DNA of 34,964 nucleotides from IMG/VR virus record IMGVR_UViG_3300016466_000672, positions 1 through 34,964 of that record, one strand, 5' to 3'. The stretch is from a virus (Duplodnaviria; Caudoviricetes). A program made the position numbers and the translations under genes. Below are positions 33,534 to 34,964 of the stretch, in pieces (the first letter of the stretch is position 1; each line of letters begins with the position of its first letter). A model generated the notes under the pieces. That model was not told the origin of the DNA. It was given only the letters and a program-made list of their open reading frames with translations, and did no database searches.

Positions 33534-34964
33534 ATGCAAGTCCCTGAGACCGACATTATTTGGCCTTACTCGCTACTTAAGGTAAGCGAGAACAAGTCCA
33601 CCTCGCGCACCGGCATTCCAATCGGATCCGCTTATGAACTCATTGGGGTTGATGGTTCAAGCGACGGCGGGCTCAAGCCATTTCCTGGGTTCCGTGAGAT
33701 GCACCGGTTCCAAATGGTGAATGCGCCGGTGTTTCCCATTGCTGGATTGAACCCGTACGCGGGGCTCAGGCATCGGACCAAGGTGATTGATTTCTGGTCC
33801 TTCAGCGTGATCGCTGGTGCGAATAAGCGGGTGTGGGGATTCGTGTATGTCGCGAAGCGACCAAACGACATGACTCCTGGGTCTGAATCCTGCAGCAGCG
33901 TTTTTGACCTGATGATGGACTACTACGCTCCGCAGGGCGCAGTCTCAAGTTGGAGCTCCATCGTGCTTCAGGAGTCGATGAGCGATGCTGGTGTTCTTGG
34001 GACTGACGACTCAAAGAACAATTCAGTGATGTCGGTCGAGACGACTGGACGAATGCTGTACATCTTCCGTCGTGGCGTTGCCCCGGTAAGCGTGTTCTTC
34101 AAGTACGCAACCTCTCCTGTCTCGACGACCCCGATCATCAATGAGTCTGCTGGCCCGGGAAAGAAGCCGACGGTCGGGATGTATCAGCAAGGTTCTCCTG
34201 CTGTCGATACGGACTTTCCTGCAACAACCTCGGCAACAGAAGGACACATCTCCGCGTCGTTCCCTGACCCCACCAGCGCGGCCAATGCTCCAGGCAGCGT
34301 CGTGTTCTGCAGGCTTGATCCAGCAGTGACCGCTGCGGGAACGGCCATCTCGAATATCGGCACCGGAAACCAGTTTGATGCAGGGACTTACTCCCTTGCC
34401 GTGCAGTTCGAGGACAGTCGAAGCGGTCGAAAGAGCCAGTTCAGCCAGAGCGTTGAGTTCACGTTTACTGGCACCATTACGAAGAAGTTGTTTGTCGATG
34501 GCATTTACGACAGCAGCAAGTTCGACGTGGTGAACATCTACCGCAGCGTTCGTACCCAAAATGCGGCCGGTGCGTACACCGGCGGGATCATGCAGCTTGA
34601 AGCACGCGTGACCCTGTCGAGCTACGACGTCGCGACCTTGCCGATGCGAACGGCCGCGACGCTGCCGAGCGGCGGAAACATCAAGTATTTCCGATACGCT
34701 TACCAGCTCAAGGACTCTGCGCTCGTGATGCAGGACGTGTTCCTTGATCGTGCCGCCTTCTACGAAACGATGCCAAAGGGCGGCGCCGGTGCTCTTCTCG
34801 ATGGGACCATGCTGGTGGGGAACATCAGCGAGGAGCCGGGTGACCTCACGGGAACAGGCGAGACCCGCTGGAGTTCGAGCACCGAGACCAGCGTTGAGAT
34901 GTTCACCGCCAAGGGTCAGTACCAGCCCCCGAGCGTTGGTGATGCCGTGACCTGCTTCCGTCGG
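33534..34964 (+). CDS. Putative tail tubular/nozzle (P22 gp10 / tubular B-like) protein, truncated; not in ORF track
   Basis: MQVPETDIIWPYSLL...DGGLKPFPGFRE..., open to the window end. The GxLxxxPG early motif and beta-propeller-like composition fit nozzle proteins. Confidence 0.6.
   Translation, partial: MQVPETDIIWPYSLLKVSENKSTSRTGIPIGSAYELIGVDGSSDGGLKPFPGFREMHRFQMVNAPVFPIAGLNPYAGLRHRTKVIDFWSFSVIAGANKRVWGFVYVAKRPNDMTPGSESCSSVFDLMMDYYAPQGAVSSWSSIVLQESMSDAGVLGTDDSKNNSVMSVETTGRMLYIFRRGVAPVSVFFKYATSPVSTTPIINESAGPGKKPTVGMYQQGSPAVDTDFPATTSATEGHISASFPDPTSAANAPGSVVFCRLDPAVTAAGTAISNIGTGNQFDAGTYSLAVQFEDSRSGRKSQFSQSVEFTFTGTITKKLFVDGIYDSSKFDVVNIYRSVRTQNAAGAYTGGIMQLEARVTLSSYDVATLPMRTAATLPSGGNIKYFRYAYQLKDSALVMQDVFLDRAAFYETMPKGGAGALLDGTMLVGNISEEPGDLTGTGETRWSSSTETSVEMFTAKGQYQPPSVGDAVTCFRR

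Noticed and set aside
1-34964. CRISPR array, diversity-generating retroelement, integrase, tRNA genes, alternative genetic code
   Set aside because: No regularly spaced repeats, reverse transcriptase, recombinase motifs or cloverleaf were recognised by eye. Core genes are intact under the standard code, and TAA, TAG and TGA all serve as stops.

Overview
This window is most of a GC-rich tailed dsDNA phage (Caudoviricetes) genome, probably podovirus-like because no tape-measure gene is seen. Both window edges cut genes. The genome has two divergent arms that meet at 16748/16775. The minus-strand arm carries a D5/P4-type SF3 helicase, a non-coding control or origin region (14637-15072) and many small early genes separated by a family of look-alike hairpins. 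It continues with an SSB-like protein, a DUF932-like protein, a ~275-nt structured non-coding segment, NADAR, a uracil-DNA-glycosylase-superfamily protein, a variant PolA, DUF6878/DUF6915 and an ERCC4 nuclease. It ends in a late-looking block: an SGNH-type protein, three membrane/lysis candidates and a metallophosphoesterase. The plus-strand arm carries large basic proteins, terminase, portal, scaffold and major capsid protein, then a cassette of about nine small, very basic peptides, then tail genes including a low-GC Cys-rich module. Several of the basic peptides share an N-terminal KK(I/F)KVKG motif, and five of them are missing from the ORF track. Main leads: the basic-peptide cassette, the covarying CGC-loop-GCG hairpin family, the structured RNA candidate upstream of NADAR, leaderless promoters, and a G/C skew flip at the putative origin or terminus. 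All family assignments are from motif recognition by eye; no database search was run.
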